Origin: Candidatus Omnitrophica bacterium UBA6215
GTDB taxonomy: Bacteria > Omnitrophota > Gorgyraeia > Pluralincolimonadales > Pluralincolimonadaceae
Reading direction: 5' to 3'
DNA length: 64,000 bases
NCBI GenBank assembly: GCA_002421665.1
Contig: DISH01000004.1
Span: 381,900-445,899 of the forward strand
Made by a program: the position numbers and the translations under genes. The notes under the pieces were generated by a model. That model was not told the DNA's origin, did no database searches, and worked only from the letters and a program-made list of their open reading frames with translations. Position 1 is the first letter of the stretch. Each line of letters starts with the position of its first letter. This document shows positions 1 through 8,501 of this stretch, piece by piece.

Positions 1-17
1 GAGGCCGTAAAAGCCAG

Positions 18-746
18 ATGGAATCAATCGGGTCGAGATTAAGATCCGCTCGCGAATCTAAAGGCATTACCCTTGACCAGGCGCAAAGGGACACGCGAAT
101 AAGCTCAAGGATACTGTCAGCCCTCGAGAGCGACAGGATCGCCGAGATCGTATCCGGGCCGGTCTATATCAAGAGTTTCATAAAAAAATATGCCAATTAC
201 CTCGGTCTCAACGGCACCGACCTGGCCGAAGGTTTTACCGGTGAAAAACCCGGCTTCAAGGACCAAATATCGATATTAGCCAAGGACAACAGCCCCGGTC
301 AATTTCCCGTAAAGAAAATAATTTTATGGATCGTCGCGGCCGTTGTGCTGGTACTCGCCGTAAAACTGGCCGTTCTTGCCGTATCCAAGACAGCAGCATT
401 CTTTAGATCAAGGCCTGAGGTAGCAAAGAAGGAGCCTGCCGCAGCGGCCGCTAAACCCGCGCCCAAACAGGAAAAGGCGGTCGAAAGGCCTGTTGTTAAT
501 ATCCCTAAATACGATGTCCTGGTCCTGACCGTCAAGTCGCGTGCGGATGTTTACCTTAAGATCAAATCCGACGGGAGATTGATCTTCGAAGGGACCCTCA
601 AGAAAGGCTTGGAGGAGAAGTGGGAAGCCAGGAATTCTTTCGAATTATCGACAAGCAAAGCCGAATACCTCACTTTGGATCTGAACGGTACTTCGCTGGG
701 TTCTCTCGGCAAAGGTGTCGTAAAAGGTCTCAAACTGCCCAAATAG
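18..746 (+). CDS. HTH (XRE-type) domain membrane protein, RodZ-like
   Basis: N-terminal helix-turn-helix (SRLRSARESKGITLDQAQRDTRISSRIL), a central TM helix, a Pro/Ala/Lys-rich linker and a C-terminal beta-rich domain. This matches RodZ architecture. Confidence 0.55.
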   Translation: MESIGSRLRSARESKGITLDQAQRDTRISSRILSALESDRIAEIVSGPVYIKSFIKKYANYLGLNGTDLAEGFTGEKPGFKDQISILAKDNSPGQFPVKKIILWIVAAVVLVLAVKLAVLAVSKTAAFFRSRPEVAKKEPAAAAAKPAPKQEKAVERPVVNIPKYDVLVLTVKSRADVYLKIKSDGRLIFEGTLKKGLEEKWEARNSFELSTSKAEYLTLDLNGTSLGSLGKGVVKGLKLPK

Positions 747-758
747 CTAATTCCGAAT

Positions 759-2102
759 ATGATTAAAAAAATTGCCCTGGTCTCGCTGGGCTGCGCGAGA
801 AACCTGGTAGACTCTGAACTGATACTTGGAACTTTAAAAAAGTCCGGTTACAAGATAGCAGGCTCGCCATCCGGTTCTGATGTAACCGTAGTCAATACCT
901 GCGCATTCATCGAAGACGCTAAAAAAGAATCTATCGACGAGATACTGGAACTTATAGAGCTGAAGGAGAAGAAGAAGCTCAAGTACCTGCTGGTGGTTGG
1001 GTGCCTTTCCCAGAGATACGCAGGGGTCCTTAAAAAAGAGTTTCCCGAGATAGACGGTTTTGCAGGAGTTGACGCGGTGCAGGTTCTGCCCGGCATGATA
1101 AAAAAGCTTGCCAGGGGCGGAAGGCCGGATATAATTATAAATGAACCGCGATACCTCCATGATGATAAAAGCCCCAGGCTGGGGCTGACTCCCGTGCATT
1201 ACTCCTATGTTAAGGTCTCCGAAGGATGTTCGCATAAATGCTCTTTCTGCATAATTCCCAGGATACGCGGTCGCCACAGGAGCAGGAACCCTGCTTCGAT
1301 AATCAGGGAAGCGAAGGACCTGGTTGCCCGCGGGGCGAAGGAATTGGATATAATCGGCCAGGATACGACCTTGTACGGCAGAGACCTTCCCGGCAAACAC
1401 AATTTAGCCGGCCTTCTCAGGGATTTGTCCCGCCAGAGCGGGGCTAAATGGATACGGCTGCTTTATACGCATCCGGCCCATTTTACGGACGAACTTATAT
1501 CGGTCATTGCGGGGGAAAAGAATATTTGTAAATATATCGACCTTCCCATACAGCACATAAATGACGGGATACTCCGGCGAATGGGCAGGGGTTCGACCGG
1601 TGCAGGTATCAGGAGACTGATCTCGCATATCAGATCCTCGATACCGGGTGTAGCATTGCGGACTTCCGTGATAGTCGGCTTTCCGGGCGAGAGCAGGAAA
1701 AATTTCCGGGAACTGCTTGATTTTATAAAAGAAGTGAAATTCGAGAGATTAGGCGCTTTTGTATATTCGGCTGAAGAAGGGACTGCGGCTTCCAGATTCG
1801 ATGGATCAGTCCCGGCGGACGAAAAGGCCGAAAGATGGGACATGATCATGGGCGCCCAAAGGGATGTTTCGGCTGGGATCAACGCAGCGCTTGTAGGCAG
1901 GCAGATGAGCGTCCTTATAGACGAAAAGGTATCCGGTGAAGATGATCTGTTCACAGGCCGGTCGTATATGGATGCTCCCGAGATCGACGGCAATGTATTC
2001 GTAAAGGGACATAATATCAGGCGGGGTGATATGGTGGAGGTTGAGATCGCGGACGGTTATGAGTACGATCTGGTCGGAAAAGAGATAAAAAGGAGGCGGT
2101 AA
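759..2102 (+). CDS. rimO: ribosomal protein S12 methylthiotransferase RimO (radical SAM, MiaB family, C-terminal TRAM)
   Basis: N-terminus MIKKIALVSLGCARNLVDSE is typical of RimO. Radical-SAM cysteine motif CSHKCSFC is present, with a TRAM-like C-terminus. Confidence 0.9.
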   Translation: MIKKIALVSLGCARNLVDSELILGTLKKSGYKIAGSPSGSDVTVVNTCAFIEDAKKESIDEILELIELKEKKKLKYLLVVGCLSQRYAGVLKKEFPEIDGFAGVDAVQVLPGMIKKLARGGRPDIIINEPRYLHDDKSPRLGLTPVHYSYVKVSEGCSHKCSFCIIPRIRGRHRSRNPASIIREAKDLVARGAKELDIIGQDTTLYGRDLPGKHNLAGLLRDLSRQSGAKWIRLLYTHPAHFTDELISVIAGEKNICKYIDLPIQHINDGILRRMGRGSTGAGIRRLISHIRSSIPGVALRTSVIVGFPGESRKNFRELLDFIKEVKFERLGAFVYSAEEGTAASRFDGSVPADEKAERWDMIMGAQRDVSAGINAALVGRQMSVLIDEKVSGEDDLFTGRSYMDAPEIDGNVFVKGHNIRRGDMVEVEIADGYEYDLVGKEIKRRR

Positions 2103-2887
2103 TGCGCGACACCAGGAGCGGTATCGAAAGGGAAAAGAGGATACGTGAGATAGCCGAGGCTGTATACGCCGATAACAGGAAGAAGGGCATGGCCGAGGAT
2201 CCCATGAGGGATTGGAAACAGGCGGAACAGATCTACGACGATAAGACCGTATATTACGGTTGGTGGCTGCCTTCCAGATTCATCAACAGGTATTACTACA
2301 AAATAATCGCGTGCGCGGTGACTATGATAGTATTTCTTTTCGCCTGGAACGTCAAAAGCGGCCTCGATTTTAAAGAAGTTGACGTAAGGCCTTATGTCAC
2401 GATAAAGATCATAGACCCCATACAGATCAGCGACAACGGAACGAATAGCGTATATTTCGGAAATTATATGATATTGGACAACAACGGCAAAACACCGGCC
2501 GCCAATGTTACGGCTAAATATATCCTTACGACCGAACTGGACAAACAAAAACAAAGCGGGCAAAAATGGATAGATGAAAGGCAGGAAGGCATAGGCTCGC
2601 TTGGTTTTATCTCTCCGGGAGGCATGATAAAGGAGCCGGGCTTCAAGTCACTCTCCCCCGTAGCTAAGTATTATTATTTTGAAGCTATCGTATCATACCA
2701 GGGGTTGTCCTCGTCCAAACGCTATTGGACCCGCGTAAGGAAGGTATTCAGGATGGACAAAACCTCCGGCAGGTTCATTGAAGTACTATCCGAGAGCGAA
2801 TGGGACAATAACAGGGTTTTTTCCGTCCCCCAGATATCAGGTGACGGACAGATCCGGAATCTCCTCTCGGCTATGGGTAATAAATGA
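2102..2887 (+). CDS. hypothetical membrane protein with N-terminal DUF2934-like motif
   Basis: ORF overlaps the rimO stop (ATGA-type coupling). N-terminal IREIAEAVYADNRKKGMAEDPMRDWKQAEQIY resembles DUF2934. One TM helix (IIACAVTMIVFLFAW). Confidence 0.45.
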   Translation: MRDTRSGIEREKRIREIAEAVYADNRKKGMAEDPMRDWKQAEQIYDDKTVYYGWWLPSRFINRYYYKIIACAVTMIVFLFAWNVKSGLDFKEVDVRPYVTIKIIDPIQISDNGTNSVYFGNYMILDNNGKTPAANVTAKYILTTELDKQKQSGQKWIDERQEGIGSLGFISPGGMIKEPGFKSLSPVAKYYYFEAIVSYQGLSSSKRYWTRVRKVFRMDKTSGRFIEVLSESEWDNNRVFSVPQISGDGQIRNLLSAMGNK

Positions 2888-3456
2888 ATATCTCTAATGC
2901 GCTTACCGTATCGCGCATATTCCTGACGTTCATTTTCATGTATTTCCTGTTCGCCGGGTTCGCCGGAGCAAAGTATTTCGCTTTTTTAGTCTTCCTGTCG
3001 GCTTCGCTTACGGACTATTATGACGGTTACTTTGCCCGTAAAAGCGGGAAGATCACGGACTTCGGGAAGCTTATGGACCCTATAGCGGACAAGATTTTGG
3101 TCCTTTCGGCCTTCCTGGCCTTTGTCGAACTTAAACTTATACCCGCCTGGATGGTCCTGATAATAGTAGCAAGGGAGGTAACCGTTACCGGGCTCAGGAT
3201 CTTCGCTCTTTCGAAAGGGAAGGTGATCGAAGCTGAAGAGGCCGGTAAGCATAAAACCGTATCTCAAATGATAGCGATATTCATGATATTGATATTCCTC
3301 ATGTTCAAGGAAGCCGGAAAATCTCTCTATTTCTGGAATTTGGATACCGAGATATGGTTCAAGAACCTTATATTCATAGTAATGCTTATAACGGCGGCGC
3401 TTACGCTTACCTCCGGAATATCGTTCTTCACGAAGAATAAGAGGTTGTTCTCTTGA
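2884..3456 (+). CDS. pgsA: CDP-diacylglycerol--glycerol-3-phosphate 3-phosphatidyltransferase
   Basis: CDP-alcohol phosphatidyltransferase motif DYYDGYFARKSGKITDFGKLMDPIADK. Multi-TM. Confidence 0.85.
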   Translation: MNISNALTVSRIFLTFIFMYFLFAGFAGAKYFAFLVFLSASLTDYYDGYFARKSGKITDFGKLMDPIADKILVLSAFLAFVELKLIPAWMVLIIVAREVTVTGLRIFALSKGKVIEAEEAGKHKTVSQMIAIFMILIFLMFKEAGKSLYFWNLDTEIWFKNLIFIVMLITAALTLTSGISFFTKNKRLFS

Positions 3457-3896
3457 AGGCTTTGGTAAAACTTACCAGTACGTTCTTTTATGCCGGGTTC
3501 TTCCCCAAAATGCCCGGGACTGCGGGTTCTGCGGCCGGGCTTTTGCTGGCATTGCTCGTCAGCGGTAACGTAGCGGTATATCTGGCAACTTTAGCGATAC
3601 TTGTAATTCTTTCCATCCTGGTCATAAGACCGGCGGAGATCCTTTTCGGCAAGAAAGATTCCGGACATATAGTAATTGACGAAGCCGCAGGCATAATGAC
3701 TGCCCTTTTGTTGATCCCCGCCAGGCCGGTGCCTGTAATAATTGCTTTCGTGCTTTTCAGGGCTTTTGACATAATAAAACCTTTTCCGGTAAGACGCCTC
3801 GAAGGAATCCATAGTCCGTTCGGGGTCATACTCGACGATATTGCAGCCGGTATCTATGCCAACCTTATGGTGCGTGTGGCGCTAATCTGGTTTTGA
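3453..3896 (+). CDS. pgpA: phosphatidylglycerophosphatase A
   Basis: PgpA-like sequence (FFYAGFFPKMPGTAGSAAG ... IDEAAG ... FRAFDIIKPFP). Start overlaps the pgsA stop. Confidence 0.8.
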   Translation: MKALVKLTSTFFYAGFFPKMPGTAGSAAGLLLALLVSGNVAVYLATLAILVILSILVIRPAEILFGKKDSGHIVIDEAAGIMTALLLIPARPVPVIIAFVLFRAFDIIKPFPVRRLEGIHSPFGVILDDIAAGIYANLMVRVALIWF

Positions 3897-4446
3897 AAAG
3901 GGGGGTATAGGAAGGTCCCGCCGGACCGAGACGGCTCTCGAACAGGACAACACGGTCTATATTACTCTGCGATAGGCCCGAGAAAGCCTCGGAATCAATG
4001 GCCTGCCTTAACCTGTCCAGCTTATTTGCACCGCGGACCCTCCCAAGCGTAACATGTGCCGAGAACTTCCTGTCTTCTAAGACTATTCCGAGATCTTTTA
4101 GCGGGGCCTTCAACGCAAGGGATAACCTTTTGCAGCTGTCCATGCCATCTTTTACGCCTGCCCATATAACTTTTGGGGAGAACCTGTCGGGGTAGGCTCC
4201 GATACCCTCGAGCTTAAGCTTAAAAGCGGGGACCGAAGCGGCTATGTTACTCAGCGTCCCGCTGATCGCAGAGACCATAGAGGGACTGATATTGCCCAGG
4301 AAGCATATGGTCAGGTGCATACAGCCGGGATCCGTCCACTTTACTTCTGCCCCTGAAGTTTTTAACCTTGCCTGGGCAGAGGAAAGCTCCTCGACCGCTG
4401 CAGATGAGAGCTCAACGGCTATAAAGGCCCTTATAGCTTTATCCAT
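3865..4446 (-). CDS. thpR: RNA 2',3'-cyclic phosphodiesterase (2H phosphoesterase, LigT/ThpR)
   Basis: Two H-x-T/S-x motifs (HLTICFLG and HVTLGRV) in a ~190-aa protein. Convergent overlap with pgpA. Confidence 0.8.
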   Translation of the reverse strand: MDKAIRAFIAVELSSAAVEELSSAQARLKTSGAEVKWTDPGCMHLTICFLGNISPSMVSAISGTLSNIAASVPAFKLKLEGIGAYPDRFSPKVIWAGVKDGMDSCKRLSLALKAPLKDLGIVLEDRKFSAHVTLGRVRGANKLDRLRQAIDSEAFSGLSQSNIDRVVLFESRLGPAGPSYTPLFKTRLAPHAP

Positions 4447-4468
4447 CGCAAGGATTATACATTATGAT

Positions 4469-4496
4469 TTGACTTTAATCAACCCGATGGTATAAT
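4469..4496 (+). promoter_or_regulatory. sigma70-like promoter: TTGACT, 16 nt spacer, TATAAT. It sits only 7 nt upstream of the ATG, so the transcript is probably leaderless.
   Basis: TTGACT at 4469-4474 and TATAAT at 4491-4496. ATG at 4504 has no Shine-Dalgarno. Confidence 0.4.
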
Positions 4497-4503
4497 CCTA
4501 AAT

Positions 4504-5760
4504 ATGCAGAAAGCGACCTATCTGAAATTCTGGATAATGCCTGTCGGAGGCAACGATACCAGCCAGATAATAGGCAGGGAGATAGAAGAATTCGAGAAGT
4601 CGCATCCGGGAATTAAGGTCGATCTTTCGGTCGTACCCTGGACCCAGGCGTGGAAAGACATTATCACGGCGGCAAAGAGAAGGCAGCTTCCTGACATATT
4701 CCAGATCGGCAACACCTGGACGAAAACCCTGACATCCATAAGCTCACTTGCAGATCTCACCGAGCGGGTTTCTGAAGACAAGATGAAAAGTAAGTTCCAT
4801 CCGGTAGCATGGTCTACATGCGAGGATGAAGCGACGGGAAATGTCTTTGCCGTCCCTTGGGGGGCGGAAGCCAGGATGCTCTTCTACCGTAAGGATATAT
4901 TCAAAAAAGCCAAACTATCCATTGAAGATGTATCGACCTGGGATCAATTCTATAATACCTGCAAGACCATAAACGGCTGTGACGGAGGGAACGGCCCCAT
5001 AGGGGCCCTGGGTATCCCGGATATCAAAGATCAGGGACTTGTCCATGATGTGGCCCCATGGGTATGGTCGGGGGGAGGCGACTACCTTACCAAAGACGGG
5101 CTTTATGCGGCTTTCAACAAGCCCGAAGCGGTCAAGGGTATAAAGTTGTATTTTGACCTTATGGAAAAAGATTATGCTCCCATAAGGGACAGGAAGGTCC
5201 CCGGTTACGCCGTATACGATTTCTTCGTTTCCGGGAAATACGGTATGTGCATCGCGGGTGCTTTTGTCGCTGCCGGTTACCTGCCCGGTTTCTTCGGGAC
5301 ATCATTATCGTGCAGGAGCCAGGAGATGATGGATAAATTCGGCGTAGCCGCTTTGCCTGCGGGCCCGGGCGGAAGATTCAGCTTCCTCGGCGGCAGCGAC
5401 CTTGCGATATCGAACCATTCCATGAATAAGCATGAGGCCTGGCAATTCATCAAATTCCTTACCTCAAACGACACCCAGATAAGGTTATATAAGAATATCG
5501 GCGCCCTGCCTTCCGGGATCGAACCTTTCGCATCGCTATTTTGCCAGGGCACGGAGCAGGAGAAGATATTAAAACAGACGTATAGCGATTACGGAAGGAG
5601 TTACAGGCAGATAGATTTCTGGGGCGGCGTTGAGTTCATAATATCTGAACTTTTCGGCAGCCTGATAGATTCGATAAAATCCCGTAAATACGACGAGAGA
5701 CTGTTATCTGCGGAGATAGCCAAGTACGCGGGACAGGTGGATTATATACTTTCTTTATAG
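4504..5760 (+). CDS. ABC-transporter-type solute-binding protein (family 1, sugar-binding-like) without signal peptide
   Basis: Family-1 SBP fold features (WTQAWKDIITAAKRRQLPDIFQIGNTW ... AVPWGAEARMLFYRKD). No hydrophobic N-terminal signal. No permease or ATPase genes adjacent. Confidence 0.7.
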   Translation: MQKATYLKFWIMPVGGNDTSQIIGREIEEFEKSHPGIKVDLSVVPWTQAWKDIITAAKRRQLPDIFQIGNTWTKTLTSISSLADLTERVSEDKMKSKFHPVAWSTCEDEATGNVFAVPWGAEARMLFYRKDIFKKAKLSIEDVSTWDQFYNTCKTINGCDGGNGPIGALGIPDIKDQGLVHDVAPWVWSGGGDYLTKDGLYAAFNKPEAVKGIKLYFDLMEKDYAPIRDRKVPGYAVYDFFVSGKYGMCIAGAFVAAGYLPGFFGTSLSCRSQEMMDKFGVAALPAGPGGRFSFLGGSDLAISNHSMNKHEAWQFIKFLTSNDTQIRLYKNIGALPSGIEPFASLFCQGTEQEKILKQTYSDYGRSYRQIDFWGGVEFIISELFGSLIDSIKSRKYDERLLSAEIAKYAGQVDYILSL

Positions 5761-5772
5761 GCGGGTTTTAGA

Positions 5773-7296
5773 ATGGATGTATCCGGAGGACAAGAAAGAT
5801 TCCAAAAGCACCTGAGGGTACTTCAGGAGGCCGTGAGGGCTTTTTTCCAGTTTGAGATAGGCCTCGATGAAACATTGAAGATAGGCCTGAAGGCCCTGCT
5901 TGACGACATAGATTTTGACTCTGTCTACATTTTCCTCTATGATGAGCCCAGCATATCCCTAGAGTGCGTCCAGGCAAGGATGAAAGGTAAGGGTATAATC
6001 GCCGGTGAAAGCAGGATAACGGTAAAAGAAGACGGCGGGGGCATACTTAGCGATGTCTTTACCGGCAAGAGCGACTCCGCGGTATGGGACGATGGTTTGC
6101 AGGTCTGCCTGCCGCTAAGGACTTTTGATGACAAGATCGGGGTTATTATAGCGGACAAACTTATCAGCCGGAACAAGATAACCAATGAAGAGATAGATAT
6201 GCTCTCGGATTACGCCAGGGAATTCAGCCGCGGGATAAGGCATATAAAGGTATTCCAGACAAACCTGTGCAAGATCGAGATGCTCTTGGCTTTGTCCAAG
6301 ATAAGCGAGGCGATGGCCAGCGCCATTGAGCTAAATCCCGTGCTGGAGATCATATTGAAGAGTGCGGTCGAAGTGCTGCGCTTTGACAGGGCGAAACTTT
6401 ACCTTATGGATACGGACAACAACCTTTTAAAAGGAGTCGCAAGCGCGGATATACGCAAAGTTGTCAGGCCTATTGAAATGGAGCAGTATAAGATCGAAAA
6501 GGGGGTTAACAGGATAGTCTCGGCCTTATTCGATGAGAATACTTCAACCTCGGGTGTGCACAGGACGGATGACCTGTTCCTGTGTATTCCCCTGATGGTA
6601 AAAAAAGTGAAGATCGGGGTGTTGGTCGTGGATAACGTCTTTAGCCAGCAGCCGATAACCGCCGAGGACAAGGAAAACCTCGATATACTCGCTAACCAGG
6701 CGGCTATCACTATAGAAAAGGCCAGGCTCTACGAGGAGGTAAGAGAGCTTTCGATACGGGACAGCCTGACCGGCCTGTTTGTGCATAACTTTTTCCTGAC
6801 AAGGCTTGAAGAGGAGGTCAAGAGATCCGGCCGTGAAAAAAAGAGCTTCGCGCTGATAATAATAGACATAGACGGGTTCAAAAGGTACAACGATCTTTAC
6901 GGGCACCAGGTCGGCGATACCGTAATAACGACCTTGTCGCAGATACTCAAGCAGAATATCAGGACCTTTGACGTCAAGGGAAGGCCGATTGATGCCATAG
7001 GCAGGTACGGCGGGGACGAGTTCGTGGTTCTGCTCACTAATTCCGGCAAAGAGAGTTCTTGCGTAGTGAGTAAAAGGCTTAGGGATGCCGTAAAAGCGCA
7101 AAAGCTTGAAGTAGGAGATAAACCCGTTGCGTTTACGGTGAGTCTGGGCATATCCATATATCCGCAGGACGGTTCAACCCCGCATCAATTGTTCAAAAAA
7201 GCAGACGACGCTCTTTATTGGGCCAAGCAGCACGGTAAAGACCAGCTCTGTTTTTCCGAGGACATCGGGAAGGAAAATTCTAAAGAGATACTCTGA
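5773..7296 (+). CDS. GAF domain-containing diguanylate cyclase (GGDEF)
   Basis: C-terminal GGDEF domain with intact RYGGDEFVVLL motif. Upstream GAF-like region(s). Confidence 0.85.
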   Translation: MDVSGGQERFQKHLRVLQEAVRAFFQFEIGLDETLKIGLKALLDDIDFDSVYIFLYDEPSISLECVQARMKGKGIIAGESRITVKEDGGGILSDVFTGKSDSAVWDDGLQVCLPLRTFDDKIGVIIADKLISRNKITNEEIDMLSDYAREFSRGIRHIKVFQTNLCKIEMLLALSKISEAMASAIELNPVLEIILKSAVEVLRFDRAKLYLMDTDNNLLKGVASADIRKVVRPIEMEQYKIEKGVNRIVSALFDENTSTSGVHRTDDLFLCIPLMVKKVKIGVLVVDNVFSQQPITAEDKENLDILANQAAITIEKARLYEEVRELSIRDSLTGLFVHNFFLTRLEEEVKRSGREKKSFALIIIDIDGFKRYNDLYGHQVGDTVITTLSQILKQNIRTFDVKGRPIDAIGRYGGDEFVVLLTNSGKESSCVVSKRLRDAVKAQKLEVGDKPVAFTVSLGISIYPQDGSTPHQLFKKADDALYWAKQHGKDQLCFSEDIGKENSKEIL

Positions 7297-8410
7297 TAAG
7301 GTCAAGGGCGGCTTGGGATGCTTTCGATCTTATGGCGCTTCTGTTGCCCCTGAAACGGAATTCCTTGCATACGGATCTCCCGGGACCAGCCAGCGAAACA
7401 TAAACAAGGCCGATAGGCTTATTTTTCGTGGACCCGGACGGCCCCGCTATTCCCGTTACGGATAAGCCGTATGAAGTCCCTGCCAGTCTCATGACCCCCG
7501 ACGCCATTTCCCCGGCCGTCTGCCTGCTGACGGCGCCGAACTTCCTAATGGTAGAAGGCCTTACGCCCAGGATCGAAATCTTCATTTCGTTGGAATAAGC
7601 TATAACCGCCCCCTTGAAATATACGGAGCTGCCGGGGAGATCGGTCAATCGCCCTGATATAAGGCCGCCCGTGCAGGATTCCGCTACTGCAACTGTCTTT
7701 CGCGCGGCCGTAAGTTTGCGGCCGACGACTTCTTCAAGCGTTTCTCCGTCTCTGCCGAATATGTGACCGCCCAGTAGGGAGGATATCTTCTTATCTGCCT
7801 TGTCTATCATCCTGTCGGCGAGGCGCTCGTTCCGTGCCTGTGCAGTTATCTTCAATTCAACGAGAGAAGGCTTGGAATATATTCCTACCGTAAGCGGTGG
7901 CGGGCTCTTTAAGAGAGATTTTACCTTAATGTCAACTTTTGACTCAGGCAGACCGGCAACCTTAAGCGTCCTTGTCCTTATGACCCCGGAACCTTTGAAT
8001 CTCCGTTTGAGGAAAGGCGCGACTTTGTTCTCGAACATCGGGTTGAGCTCTCTCGGTGGACCGGGCAGGGCAATGACAAGTTTCTGCGCGTTCTCAAACA
8101 GGTATCCCGGGGCGGTTCCGACATCGTTCTCGAAGGTCCTGACGAATCCCTGCGGGAAAAGGCTCAATATCGAGGAGAGGGTTATGTCGTCAACGGTGGG
8201 GCCAAGCCCTCCCGAAGTGATGACTATATCCGAGCGCAGGAGGCCGAGACCGACCGCCTCGGCAAGTCTTTCAGGGTTGTCCCCCACGGTGGATTGGTAG
8301 TATACGCCTATACCGCACTCTGCAAGTTTTTGAGACAACCATTGCTGGTTGGTATTCAGTATCTGTCCAAGGAGTATTTCGGTGCCTACACAGATTATCT
8401 CAGCCTTCAT
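7280..8410 (-). CDS. cinA: competence/damage-inducible protein CinA (MoCF-like N-domain + NMN deamidase PncC C-domain)
   Basis: N-terminus MKAEIICVGTEILLGQILNTNQQWLSQKL is typical of CinA. C-terminal AVAESCTGGLISGRLTDLPGSS. Confidence 0.88.
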   Translation of the reverse strand: MKAEIICVGTEILLGQILNTNQQWLSQKLAECGIGVYYQSTVGDNPERLAEAVGLGLLRSDIVITSGGLGPTVDDITLSSILSLFPQGFVRTFENDVGTAPGYLFENAQKLVIALPGPPRELNPMFENKVAPFLKRRFKGSGVIRTRTLKVAGLPESKVDIKVKSLLKSPPPLTVGIYSKPSLVELKITAQARNERLADRMIDKADKKISSLLGGHIFGRDGETLEEVVGRKLTAARKTVAVAESCTGGLISGRLTDLPGSSVYFKGAVIAYSNEMKISILGVRPSTIRKFGAVSRQTAGEMASGVMRLAGTSYGLSVTGIAGPSGSTKNKPIGLVYVSLAGPGRSVCKEFRFRGNRSAIRSKASQAALDLIRVSL

Positions 8411-8501
8411 AGGAGGGATTATAGCACAAATGGCTTGCCTTATGGTAAGTATTCAGATATCATAATAACCTATTGGGGGATGTACAACTCAGGAGGAATG
8501 G

